Assembly: GCA_012295275.1 (NCBI GenBank)
Contig: CM022671.1
Location: forward strand, 23,126,001 to 23,190,000
Source of the DNA: Chrysomallon squamiferum
Lineage: Eukaryota > Animalia > Mollusca
Length of the DNA: 64,000 bases
Direction of reading: 5' to 3'
A model generated the notes under the pieces. That model did no database searches, was not told the DNA's origin, and was given only the letters and a program-made list of their open reading frames with translations. Positions 26,954 through 41,286 of this stretch are shown in pieces. How positions within the stretch are numbered: the first letter of the stretch is position 1; every line of letters begins with the position of its first letter. The position numbers and the translations under genes were made by a program.

Positions 26954-29471
26954 ACCTTGTGTGTATGTATATATGTTACAGAGCCATATAGCTCGTGATT
27001 GCTTGCTCGAACGTAAACAAGTCCCCGGAAGTTTAAGAATAGTAGAGTGCTCATATTAAGCTTACAATTCCGAGTAAAATCTGTTAAGTCGATTTGAACT
27101 TGTATTCGTTTCGTTAATTGCAGGCGAGTTTTTCCAAAAGGAAGACGTTGGGAAGAAAAGTTCTTGTTCCAAAATAAATGTCTTCTTTCTCACAGCGAAT
27201 AAAAATTATATAATTTCTTTTCCATATCGGTTTGGGAATAACCATCAAACGGACCTGTATCGCTGTATAACTGAGAGCCTCTGATTAAGCGTATAATCCA
27301 ATTAGCATGTGGAGTACAAGGCAACACGACAATCAAAGCAAAATAAAACTGTTCTGAATCATTAATCTCGAAACTTTCATATTTACACATTTATTTTAGT
27401 TAGTATTATAGTACGGGGGTTTGTTGAAGGGAGAAAAAAAAAAAAAAAAAAAAAAAAAAAGATTTTTCTTGCGTTTCGTTCGAGTTGAGGAGTCAGGTTT
27501 TTAGAGTCACCGTGAACAGCTGCCGGCAGCCTCCTCACAGATGGTATTGTAACGTGTTATGACATAAAACGGCGCATTCTGTTATTTTATTTTCTTTCAA
27601 ATTCTACAACTTCAAGGAATTATTAGGATATAAATTAGTTTTGAACAAGAACATTTCTGTTGATAATTATGATTGGCAAAACATCGATATATTTGTTGAA
27701 AGTGAATCTTGGAAAACAAATAAACACGTCACGTTTGTGTTATTTTTGTCACGTTTTCCACATTATTTTAAGTGAGAGAATTATTAACAGAAGCATAAAC
27801 CTTTTTATGTCTTTCAGTAACTGCATATGTTAATTACTTTTGTATTATATATTTGTTTATATATATATATTTGATAAAATGTTAAAAAAACCCACAAAAA
27901 AACCCCCACAAACAAAAACAACAAACATATCAAATAAGTAGTAAATGCATTTTTATTCCTTCTTCTTGTGTTTTTTTTTTCTTGATTTCTGATATTGTTA
28001 ATGTTATCGATGCTGCTATTGTTCTATCGCCAGCTCATATCCCAGTATCTCTAATATAATGTTTTCTGTGATGACCAACCACAACACATTATCACAAATA
28101 CCTTTCTTGCCTTGACAAAATTTTTCTGTTACTCCTGTTTTGACTTGTACTTCATCTGTCCCCATCCACCAATGGTTAAAGCACATCTAGTCTGCCCCCT
28201 CCACAATTTTTTTTTTTTTTTTTTAATTAAAATAATAAAATAAAAATGTATTAAAATAATGATTACAAACAAGACAGAAATTATGGCCATACCCCCTATT
28301 TCATTAACTGTTTATACATTCGGTTTTACCTCAGTATCTATAATATTGTATATTTATCACGTTTTACAGAAGTTGGTTGCTCGTCTTTCTGTGATACTGC
28401 TTCTGTCAGTAGGTATGTCACTACTAAAATTACTGCTACTACAGTTACTCATTCAGTTTGTTTCAAGTTTTTGTTTGAAAGGTCTTCCATCTTATACTAC
28501 TGTTGTTAATTTTTCTATTATTATTGCATTTTCTTTTTCTATTCTTCTATAACTAACAATATACTTTACAAGAATAATTATTATAAGTTATGACAAATTA
28601 TATCAACAGTATTTCATTTTGATCATGATGATGATGATGATAATAGTAATCTCTTTTCCGATATATATAATCAAATTTGTTATTATTAAACTAATTGTTT
28701 TGGTTTTAGAAAATAAGATATAAATTTAAGAAATAATAAATTTCCCGTGGAGACAACGGAGCAGCATATCTCACTAATTAATAATTAATTAATATAATAA
28801 TTCAAAGAGTTTATCTGGATATTTGTGGAAAATGAAAAGGTAAATAGATTAATAAACAAAATAGAGAAATAAAGATTAACTAAAGAAGAAACAACCTTCC
28901 CAGTTGAATCTGTAATCAGCTATCACGTGATTTTAGGATTACGTTCTTAAAATCTGTCTTTCTTATCAAAAAAAAAAAAAAGAAGAAGAAGAAGTAGAAG
29001 AAGAAGAAGAAAAGGAATAATAAGATAAAAAAAAACCGACAACCCATCACCTTCCAAACAAGCAGTACAGAAATAAAACATTCTCTTTTTCTTCCTGACC
29101 ACATAAATAACACAAAAGTGACAACAACATGTAATAAAAATTCATTACATACAATCTTAGTTTCCTTAAAAACTTTTTTTTTCTTTTTCTTTTTTTTTCT
29201 TTCTTTCTTTCTTTTTTTTTTTTTTTTTTTTACTAATTTCGTGTTCTTACATCTTTTTCTGCTATTTTTTTTAAATTTTTTTTTCTCGGTTTACAATTCT
29301 TCTTTCTTTCTTTCTTTCATTTTTTACCCCCGTTTTTCTCGCAGAAACAGCCCGCGCTGTACATCAAAGGAACGGAGTTGTTGAAAAAATTAGGAAGAAC
29401 TTTTCACTTTTCTTTTAGACGTCATTGTCTATCAGAATATCGTCTTCTTTATCAGCCGTCAACCCGCGTCC

Positions 29472-29751
29472 CACGAAACACTTCACAACGTGGCGATCTT
29501 CTTAAAACAAGAACAGTTTTCTTACATGATTTACTGGGCTGTTGGTTCTTCAATAATGTTAAGGACGAAAGCGATGATGGTGTTAGTAAGCAACACACAC
29601 ACACACACACACACACAGACACACACGCACGAAACACTTCACAACGTGGTGATCTTCTTAAAACAAGAAGAGTTGTGCTTTTGTTACATGATTTATTGGG
29701 CTATTGGTTCTTTAATAATGTTAAGGACAAAAGCTATGATGGTGTTAGTAG

Positions 29752-29802
<51 letters not shown>

Positions 29803-30065
29803 CGAAACACTTCACAACGTGGTGATCTTAAAACAAGAAGAGTTGTTCTGTTCTTACATGATTTACTGGGCTGTTGGTTCTTCAATAATGTTAAGGACGA
29901 AAGCGATGATGGTGTTAGTAAGTAAAACACACACACACACACACACACGAAACACTTCACAACGTGGTGATCTTAAAACAAGAAGAGCTGTGCTTTTCTT
30001 ACATGATTTACTGGGTTGTTGGTTCTTCAGTAATGTTAAGGACGAAAGCGATGATGGTGTTAGTA

Positions 30066-30117
<52 letters not shown>

Positions 30118-30426
30118 AACACTTCACAACGTGGTGATCTTCTTAAAACAAGACGAGTTGTTCTGTTCTTACATGATGTATTGGGCTGTTGGTTCTTCAG
30201 TAATGTTAAGGACGAAAGCGATGATGGTGTTAGTAGTAACACACACACACACACACATACAGACACACACGCACGAAACAATTCACAACGTGGTGATCTT
30301 CTTAAAACAAGAAGAGCTGTGCTTTTCTTACATGATGTATTGGGCTGTTGGTTCTTCAATAATGTTAAGGATGAAAGCGATGATGGTGTTAGTAGTAACA
30401 CACACACACACATACAGACACACACA
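29472..30426. repeat. Six-unit tandem array: ~120-bp conserved block plus variable (CA)n spacer
   Basis: Units begin CACGAAACA(C/A)TTCACAACGTGG at 29472, 29628, 29801, 29946, 30113 and 30272, and end GATGGTGTTAGTA before the (CA)n tract. Confidence 0.97.
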
Positions 30427-31000
30427 TATATAATAAATTACTTATAATAATAATAATAATAATAACAAATAATAATAATAATATTCACACACACAGAGAA
30501 ATACACATACATACATATACAAATAAATATTATTATATACAGGTAGACATACTATCATACTATCTTGCATGCAAACATACATATATACATTCATACATAC
30601 ATACATATACATACAAACATGCATAAATACCTAAAGAAATATACAGTACATACATACACACACTCATAAATATACACGTCCATACATACATACACATATA
30701 GAAATAAGAAGAGATCAGTTCTCCTAATATTTATATAAAAGAAAGAAAAGGAAAACAGTAATATATATGTTTAAAATTGCAGGCAAGTTAAAAGTTATTC
30801 TGAAATATACATATAAATGCATACAAACGCATACACACATACATACATACATACACTTCGAAATATTCTCATGGTAATAATATATAGAGTACTTTTGCGT
30901 TCAGCTGGCTATGCATCACTTTCAGTGAAGTATGGAATGTGCTGAGATAAGATGCATATGGCACAATTCTAACACACGTCTGCTTCTGTTTTCCCCGCAG

Positions 31001-31108
31001 ACGACACATCAAACGAAGCAGACGTCAAACTTGATTTGGAACCGTCAAGAAGAGTTCTCTTTGATGATGTTTTTTTTTGGACACCCGAAATCCCCGGATT
31101 GGCCACGA
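31001..31108 (+). other. Candidate internal exon of an unknown transcript
   Basis: Branch-like TTCTAAC (30967-30973), pyrimidine tract and CCCCGCAG acceptor; donor GA|GTGAGT; 108 nt. No recognised product. Confidence 0.4.
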
Positions 31109-31300
31109 GTGAGTGAATGACAAAGACGAGTGTTAGTTAGCTAGCACTGCTAGGTACAGATGTGACTTTCTGTTAAAACGAATTCGTTTGTACAGTTCAG
31201 ACCATCAGCCAAAACGTGTAAAAACTGAAGCCAGGTAAAAATGGGGGTGTAAATTTATGTTAAACGTTTAGAAACAGTGTGAAGAACTAAACAGATTTCT

Positions 31301-31380
<80 letters not shown>

Positions 31381-33010
31381 CAAAATATGATATTTCAAAA
31401 GAAAATTTTGAAACAAAATTTTAGTTGTTGGTTATATTTATGGCTCGGCTCAGTCTTATAGAGGCTTTTTCTTAAGAATTTTTTCTCTCTGTTTTTTTTT
31501 TTTCCTCTTTGTTTGGTCTTTTGTTCGCTCATCATTTCTGTTTGTATTCCTTTTTTTTTAATTTAATAATTTAACTCATTTTTATCAAACCAGCACACTA
31601 CAGACAACATCAACACATAAACAACACCAAGAGAATAATAATAATAATAATGTTATTGTTGCTGCTGTTAATATAATGGTTATGATTAATTTAATAAATT
31701 TGGTTTTATTTAAAACAAAACATTTAGAATCACCAACACTATACTTGAGTTTACAGTAGTACATAAATTCTTAATCTGTTCTATGATTTTTTTGAAAACT
31801 GTTGAGAAGAAAATCTAAAATTAATCTTTTAAGTAAAAAAAAAAAAAAAAAAAATCATGACTTCTGTTCCGACACGGAGTCTGAGTAAGCGAAAGTTTAT
31901 TAACCCTGGGAAAAAAAAAAAAACACTCACGGAACAACAACGACGACGACGACGACAAAGAACGGACTATTCTTGCTTCAGATTTAAAAACGCATGTACC
32001 GAGAACCATGCAAATTCGTCAATTCAGTGATGAAGTCGTTTGTGAACGCTGGCGACATAATGTCTGCTTTCAGGTAGATCTCCATAGCGCGCGAGCAGCT
32101 CGCGCAAATTCCCGCCCGTGTGATGTCACGAGAATTCATCGACACCACCGAAGCAAAAATATTTTATTTAGTTCGATAATGCGCGCGTACTGTAGACTTT
32201 ACATATTTATTCACCTCCACAATGGCGAGTTCGGCTAAGCCGCCGGATTTGTTGAAAAGTTAAGAAGATCACTCTAAAAGGACATGACTTGTTGACAGAA
32301 AGCGCTCGATGGCCGATTGTTATGGATATAATAAACCCTCGTTTTGAATTTAATGGCGGACAAAAGATATTTTCCATTGAACTGTCGTAAGAACAGACAA
32401 TGGATTAATTCGACCTGTAGGTTCCTAACTGAAACTCGCGTTTTTGTTTCTGTTTGTTATTTCTTTTCTTTTCTTTTCAATTTATTTTTTTGTATCGTTT
32501 TTTTTGTGTGTGTGTTTTTTTTAAAATTTTTATTAAAAAGGACAACGCACAACTCTGCGGTGTGGTTTTGTTAACAATATGTCTGTCACCAAGCGACTGA
32601 TTTGTATGCACTCGGAGTTAAAAAAACCCAGCCCTGTGAGACTGTCGGAGTATCGCATCTGAACTGAGATTTATGAAGAAAACCAGCAGGTATCCACGAC
32701 GAACCGCAAATAATACTCCAAACGGAGTTGAACAAGTACTGGCTAAAGGTGTAAACACACTACTCGATTCACAGTAACATCCATCCATCCATCCATCCAT
32801 CCATCCATCCATGTACATATATCCACCACCTCTGACTGTTTAGCTGTCTGTCTGTTTCATACACATTTACTTATTTACTCGCTCGTTGTACGAATATTAA
32901 TTACAAAGTAAACCAGACCAAGAACGCTGCAGTGGTAAAACGAAAATATCGTAATTTGTTTAAACATATCTATATATCTATATCTATATATATGTGTGTG
33001 TGGGTGTGGG

Positions 33011-33054
<44 letters not shown>

Positions 33055-33396
33055 TAAAATCTAAGGATATGTGTATACAACTGTATTTGAATATACACAC
33101 ACCTGGCCACATATGTAGAGACAGACGGACTTTTATAAACAGCATTCTTCTGAATAAAGCTTAGCCTAATAAGAAATACAGTTTATCCACTAAAAATGTA
33201 AAATTCCATATAATAATCTCGATGGTTATTTCAAATCATGCTTGGAGTGTTTGCCTTATGACGCTATATCAAAAAACAACAACAACAAAAAAATTAATGG
33301 TGCTTTTTAGGCCCAATTCAAATCAATCATATTTATTGGGATATTTCAGAAAATATACCGTTTACATGTTCATTTCATTTGTTAAGATACAAACAT

Positions 33397-33433
<37 letters not shown>

Positions 33434-33739
33434 ACCTCTAAATCACATTGAAATTCAATGCTTTATTAGTGCTTTTCATAATATTAGGGTGCTAAGCAAA
33501 TATTAACATAATAGTTCTTGGGAAACATGTTTCATTTAAAAATAAATAAATAAATAAATAAATAATATGTCAAAAATAAGATATATCCCCTAAAAAAAAT
33601 GAACCGTTTTGAAAGCGTATTACGAATATCTAATTATATTTTTTTAATAATAAACTAAGAAAATAAAGTGATTTGAAAATAATTATATTAATATAAACCA
33701 AATTATATAAAAAAGGAAAAAAGTCTGATCCTATTTATA

Positions 33740-33775
<36 letters not shown>

Positions 33776-34676
33776 GTTACTACTGTTTTTTTCGTCGTTA
33801 TTTTTTGTTCTTCTAAACCTTTTAAAATTAATATTAAATTAATTATTAAATCGTAACACTGTAGAATATATTTAGTAGTAACAGTTACGATAATAATAAT
33901 AATAATAATAACAACAACAACAACAACAACAACAACAATAATAATAATAATCATAATAATCATAATCATGGTAATAATATTAATAAAATAAAAAAAAAAA
34001 ACACAAAAACAAACAAACAAATAAATAAATAAAAAATATTAATTAAAATATCCTCTTCATCTTTAAAAAGGTTAAAACAGAACCCAATTGCCTTGGGGTA
34101 TAACGTTTCTTTTTTTTTTTTTTTTTTTTTTTTCTTTTTGTTCTTGGAAGATCACGAAAACAATTGGTGGAAACCTTTAAATGGTTAATTTAATTAGTGC
34201 CGAGGCCGCCCCAATTACTTCTTTTTAACACATCGCTGACAAATTTCCTTTACTGTTGTACGACTTCGGTCACACGAGAAATACAAAGACAATTGTTCAG
34301 ATGTTATTCGTTTCATCAACTGCTATACATAATGACATTATAATACACTGCAGTGACAACTGTCCAGATTCTCTGTCTTGTACAGAGATTTCTAGTGGAG
34401 TTAGAAAGAGGCTCTCTTCAGGGATATTATAATAGTTTTCTGATGGAATCATTTCCAAAAATCACTTAAACTGTCCAAATGCGATGTTCTGAGCGTTATG
34501 GATCAGTTTTCGTTTGGCAACTACAAGGGTGAAAAAATGTGTATGTGTGTGTGTGTGTGTGTGTATGTGTGTGTGTGTACATACATACACACACATACAC
34601 ACACAATTATTCATAAAACAAATAAACAAACAAATAAATAAATAAATAAATAATAATAATAATCTTATTATTATTA

Positions 34677-34747
<71 letters not shown>

Positions 34748-35104
34748 ACAATCGAAGCACAAATACAAACACAAATTCTAACTGATGAATTTAGTAATGG
34801 CATACATAAAATTACATAACCTGCGATCAGTAGTTTTAGGAACTGTGAACTGGCGAATTCGTTGATTATGAATGTATTTAATAAACCAGCTGTTTTAACG
34901 TTCACTGACTGACTACAAGTTTGCCCAATAATTACAACGTCGTGAATTCAGAGTCCGTTAGGTATAACTATCTCCAAAAATTACAATGATCACTAAGTAT
35001 TTAGTAACTGCTAGTACACCCAGAATTTACAGCTTAGGATTTTAACAAGTATACGCACATCCATTATGGGCGGGAGTTCATAGTTTAAATATTACATTTT
35101 GTTA

Positions 35105-35492
35105 TTATTATTTAATTAACAGTTTGTGATTTTAGAAACTATATATTTATTATTTCGACACTACATTGTGAATATTTAATTTAAAAAATATATAAATATA
35201 TATATTTATAATGTCATCACTACATATTAATTTTAAATTAAATGCTTGTGTTTTTGACAAGTATAAATTATATTATTTAATCACTACATATTAATTTTTA
35301 ATTTACAGCTTGTTATTTTAGAAATGATACAATTTCAACAAAGCGTATTAATTTTTGATTTATAGCTTGTGATTTTAAAAACTATAAATTTATAATTTCT
35401 GCACTACATATTAATTTTCAGTTTATAACGAGTGATTTTAACTATATGTTTATAACTCCAGCTCTACATATTAAATATTTAATTTAAAACAG
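35105..35492. repeat. Degenerate ~60-bp AT-rich minisatellite, about 6 units
   Basis: Recurrent CACTACATATTAATTTT..TT...GCTTGT..TTTTA.AAA.TATA blocks. Confidence 0.8.
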
Positions 35493-37564
35493 TAACCGTG
35501 TAAGAGTGCTATTAGAAATGCTGGAATATATGCATTAAATACATGTAATGGATAATAGTAATTGTAACTAAAGTTGAAAATTCATTAATACTAAAACTGC
35601 CACAGACATTATTTTTTAATATTTGTTTTTTTTTTTTGGTTGTGATATTACTTTTTGCTGCAAATAAATATATGTTATGCGTGTATGTGTGCGTGTGCGT
35701 TTGCATGTATTCATGAGTGTGTGTGTGTGTGTTTGCGCCTACGAGGCCAATCAAATAAAATAACCTGAAAAAAACATATATACGTTAGCCAGTTGGTATG
35801 TTTTCCTATTCAATACAAAGAGGAATGTATTGTTGTAATAAGCAATCATTTTAAATAAACAAACCCAATAAATATTATACAAAATAAATATATTTATAAA
35901 TTTCTACGAAGCTGTTATGATTTATACGAAGAAGAAAAAGTGCATATATACTTATGTGAGAAAATCTAATGAAAACGAATAAAAAAATAAATATAAATGC
36001 ACTCAGTGAAGGGACAAAAAGTCTAAGAAACGAGAACAAAAATTAGGAAAAAGGTCGTGATGACAGAAAGAAAAATGAAGAAAAAAGCAAAAAGAGGGAA
36101 AAAGAAAGAAAATTACAAAAATGAGAAAAAAGAGATGAATCGATAGCAGTAGGTGGCGAAAGAAGGAAAAATGAGAAAAATTAGATACAAAAGGAACTAA
36201 AGAAAGAAAGAAAAACATAAACAGATAGAAAAGATAGAAAAGTGACTGAACAGAACAAAAAGAAACAAAGAAATTAACAGAGAAAGAGAAAAAAATAAAA
36301 ATAAAAAATAAAAATAAACTAAATATAGATACATAACAGAAGAGAACAAAAAGTAATATTTTTCCCATTTTTCTTTCTTTCTGACTGACTGATCTATGAC
36401 CCTTTATTTCTTAATTTGTTGATCTTTTCCTGTCTGTCCGTTTATTATTATTTTTCTTTCGTTTCCTTCGTTCGCCATTCAGCTTTTCTAGCAAGCAAGC
36501 TAGAATTGAATGTCTCTTAGTTGATTCCATCGCTGGATATCTGTCAACGGGGTAGACAGTTCATAAAGCGAGCGACACTCACAAAGACTCGCGATCAGTG
36601 CGCTGGATATGATAGCGCTCTTACAATTAACATCCAATTTCCCAAGACGTCGGAAGCTGGGGATCCTCGATTGTCATCGCCAACAAAAAGGCTAAATCTA
36701 CACAAGTGCTTTTCAAATGGCATTGGGACTTTTTTTCGCCTCTCACTGAAGGGAGGGTGGATGGGTGTGTGTGTGTGGGGGAAGCGATCGACTCTGTGGG
36801 GATTAGACGCCTCATGCCAGGTGGACAAACACAGGGGGAAAACAGAACTGCTGGGCCCTCTTTACAAAGACTTTGTGGTGTCACGTTTGTACCTCATCAA
36901 GCGGCGTTTCAGAGTCTTCCGTGTTATTTCCTAACCCACTATTCACCATAGACTTGACCCCCGTTGTTACTCATCAATTTCGGCGTGACCTTAAGGTGCG
37001 AAGCCCCAGAACGTCCATTTACATTCGTTTCGACCTTTGCCTGTTTCTTAATTAAAAATACCCTCCGCTACAAAAACGAGCGTCAACACTTGAAGACGAA
37101 AGACTAGAGCGATTCTCCGAGCTTGTACGTCTTCCATCAGCGGAGCCAGGAAGCCTCTTTTGTCGCTCTGGTTTAATCTAAAAGTTCTTGTAGATGGCGT
37201 TCGTTGTCGTCTGCTCGTCATACGCAGACGGTCTGAGTGGCAGACGAATGATCGAAATTGTCGATGGTGATTAATTCACAGAAACTTGGAGAAAGTAGTT
37301 ATTGGAAAGAATACCAGGTATAAGCATTTAACAAAAGAAAAGAAAAAAATCATGCATATAGAAATTAAGGAGGAAAGAAAGAAAAATATAACTAGAAAGG
37401 TCGTTCAAGCAAAGTAAGATATTTGATGAAACAGCAGTTAAAAATAAGTAAAAAAACAACCAGTAACAACAACAACAACAACATAAACAAATAAATAAAT
37501 AAATAAATAAATAAGAATAATAATAATATTGTGATTGTTGTTGTTATTGCTGTTTTTGTTGTTG

Positions 37565-37595
<31 letters not shown>

Positions 37596-38033
37596 AACAA
37601 AATGGCTAAACATTTAAGGTCCTTTCATTCATTTTGAATGTAATGGATGAAAAAAAAAGCACACTAGAAAACTATATATGTACAATGTTTCAGAGACAGA
37701 CAATTATAGAAACAACAACTGCAATATGAGAGAAAATAATCGCTGATAAGTATAGATTCATCCATTCTTTCATTCATTCATTAATTCATTTATCAATTTA
37801 TTCATCCATCTATCCATATATATATATATGTATATTAACTGATCCTTTTAGAATAATAATTATATCCATAATATTTAATTCACCTTATGTAAACTCTTCC
37901 TGCCAGATTAGTGAAGTCTATAACACAGAAAAACCTTTTTCAAACTAACCTTATCTGACAACACAACAGAAGCGTAATTAAATGATCAGTTAAGTAAATC
38001 ATATGAAAACATTCGTAGAAAAATGAATGAAGT

Positions 38034-38088
<55 letters not shown>

Positions 38089-38653
38089 AATATAATTAAA
38101 ATTAAACTGATTTCTTCTGGAGTGAAATAACTTTTCACATTTATATTCGGTGACACTTCAATGGGTTGCATCGAGTACACCTCATTCTGACATAATCAAT
38201 AAACCGAATATTTTTCCCCATTATGACATTAGCGCATTATCTCCCCTTTTGTACTCGCCGCAAACGCTGCGGAAATGGTCCAGTCCCCGAGGTACTTACA
38301 TCAGCTTTATATATTACCAGGCGTCGGCTTACAATCATTTGGAAGCATTCGCCGGCAATTAATGGTAAACATTTAGAAAATACTGACGAACAATGGTACA
38401 GCAAGAGTTCAGAATCTTTTGTTCGCTACGCGAAACACAGCGCTGTTGAAAATTAACCACCAGCGGAGGCTTGGGAAGCGCATCCATTATGGGCGGGAGT
38501 TACTTATTAAGCACGGCTCGCTGTAGTCTTGTCATTTTTTTTTTTTTTTTTTTTGTTTCAAGAAATCTCCAGAGATTTCGGTTCCTGGCAAACGTTCTGC
38601 GAATTCCCATTACGTTAGATCGTTTCATTAGCAGAGGACGAATTTTGCTGATC

Positions 38654-38691
<38 letters not shown>

Positions 38692-38876
38692 AACAACGTC
38701 TGGGCGATGTTTGTGATATAAGTTTTTAGAACCTTAACCTGTTGCGTTTAATATTCTTAAGGAGTGTCTGAAAGAAACGCGTTGAATATTTCTGTGGTAA
38801 ACATTTTATGTAAACAGAGCCAGATATTTCTGAAAGGTTGTCTGATACAGAATTCTAATATTAAGTACAGTTAAAT

Positions 38877-39026
<150 letters not shown>

Positions 39027-39157
39027 ATGTAAACCAAAATTAAATATTCAGTACAATTTAAAATGTAAGTTTGTGCTTGTATGAGATATACGACTAAAAT
39101 ATTAATCTCATTTGGATTTGTATCTTTGTGGTTACGTGCTCGAGTTTTTAGTTTATA

Positions 39158-39200
<43 letters not shown>

Positions 39201-40130
39201 AATAATAATAATAATAATAATAGTAATAATAATAAGTAAACAACCACTGACATCTGTCAACATGTCGAGCAGACAAATATGGAGTTACCTCCCTTAGGAC
39301 ATGGCGTCATTCGACCGCTGCGAATACACATTCGTTGACAGATCGGTGTTGAATTAAATACCGTACGTGGCCGTTGTCGGCCGATAAGCAGTGTATATCA
39401 AGCGACGACATCTTCTTCTCTGTATTAATAAGAAAAGAGACTCCGCACGACATTTGGACCCATTCTTATTTGCGGGATGGTTGAATGCGACCCATGGCAC
39501 ATTTGTCAAGGATGGTTGGAGACCGTGTCGTCGCAGACGTGCACTAAAACATAGCAGTCTTATCTCAACACGCGCTACAGCCTAGACTTGTACTTACTTT
39601 ATTAACATCATTTAAAACACTACCACCACTACTATTACTACTACTATTACTGTAACTGCTATTTCTACCACCACTACTATTACCACTACCACTACTAATA
39701 TTGATGATGATGATGATGATAATGTAAATGGTTTACGTATTATCAGAATTTTTAAAAAAAAAATATAATAATAATGAAATTTATTTGATTAACGAGGTAT
39801 TAGTTATTCTAAATCAATATGACTGTGCTGGTATCACGGATTAAAATCAAAAGAAAAACAGTTTTAAACATCAGTCAACAAATGAATGGAACATTTTGTG
39901 TTGATTTCTGATTTTTTCTTTATATAAGTGATTTTAAACAAATTAATTCCACGATTACCTGTGTTGCTAAAGCTTCACCTTTCATCTCCATTACTAGTAC
40001 TGCTGCTATTACTATTATTGTAACTACTACGACTTCTACGAGTATTACGACTACTACGACTACTACAGCTAATAGTATTACATCATCATCATCACCAGCA
40101 GCAACAACAACTACTTGTATTACAATTATA

Positions 40131-40162
<32 letters not shown>

Positions 40163-40884
40163 GAAGAAGAAGAAGAAGAAGAAGAGCAAACACAACAACA
40201 ACAACAACAACAAAAACAAATTACAACAACATGAAGAACATCAGCAACTCCTTCTGCAACAACAACACGATGATGATAAACATTCTCGTTTTATCATATT
40301 AATTTTCTATAACTTTGGCAAGTCTACTTCCTAATTCCTCTGTCCACCATTCTATAAAGCACCTTGGTCGTTGGGGGATGGTTGTTGCCGGATACCCCCA
40401 ACTAAGGTAACCACTGTGCGCATCAGATATATCTCGGTCTGTCAAATTTAAAACAAACGTATTCACCCGTGTTAAGATTTATATCTGAATGCGTATTTGA
40501 GTAAAAACTGTGTGCTATTTCGTACAATCTATAATACAGAGTAGTCAAAGAGAACAGTGTGCACTGCACTGACCCAAGTGATATACACATGATTCAGAAG
40601 ATGATTATCGCCGTATTTTAGCATGCAAAAACGTACCGAGATCTGTACGGCAGACGTATTTAAGTAAAATTTACAGTCGATAGTGGAATATCTGAAAGTT
40701 TTATGGGTTAATGTTACGTGATAATCCTAAAGTTGTATTAAATTTAAACCAGATTTGTAAATCTTGCTAAACAGCGACGCCAGGCATTGTTTGAGGAGTA
40801 CGTGTTATCTCTTCTTTCCAATTGTTGTATCTTCATATGAAGTCGTCAGTCAACATATTTTCTGTGCCTGTTCTGTTTTTATCC

Positions 40885-40926
<42 letters not shown>

Positions 40927-41286
40927 GTTATAAATATCTTATAAAAAAATTAAGGCAACATATTTCTTCTGATGCATAAAATAATAATATTCTGTAATAT
41001 TCTGTAATGTAAAATTAAAAACAAAATAATGTTCAGGAATGAAAAATGTAATATTTTTTCAAATAACTGCCAAAGGCGTATATTGATGAATAATTCTTTG
41101 TTTTCTTCTTCTTCTATATTTTAATATTACTCCAAAACATTTATTTCTAAATCAGAGGTGTATAATAATAAATACATGAAATAAAATATCTATATTACTT
41201 GTCATGTAAATTAAATCTGCATTAATGCTTGGAACTAATTAATATGTATTACAGATTGTTTTTAATTATTAATCTATATTAATCTA

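Noticed and set aside
29378-30447. Repetitive ORFs up to 230 aa over the tandem array, and its CRISPR-like repeat-spacer look
   Set aside because: Frames shift between units with CA length. The repeats are ~120 bp, the spacers are (CA)n rather than unique sequence, the DNA is eukaryotic and there are no cas genes.
34410-34426. GGCTCTCTTCAGGGAT resembles a histone 3' stem-loop
   Set aside because: The stem does not close and there is no histone ORF upstream.
36521-36951. 137-aa ORF and overlapping ORFs in a GC-richer island
   Set aside because: No recognisable motif; several frames on both strands are open, as expected from local GC content; no convincing splice sites.
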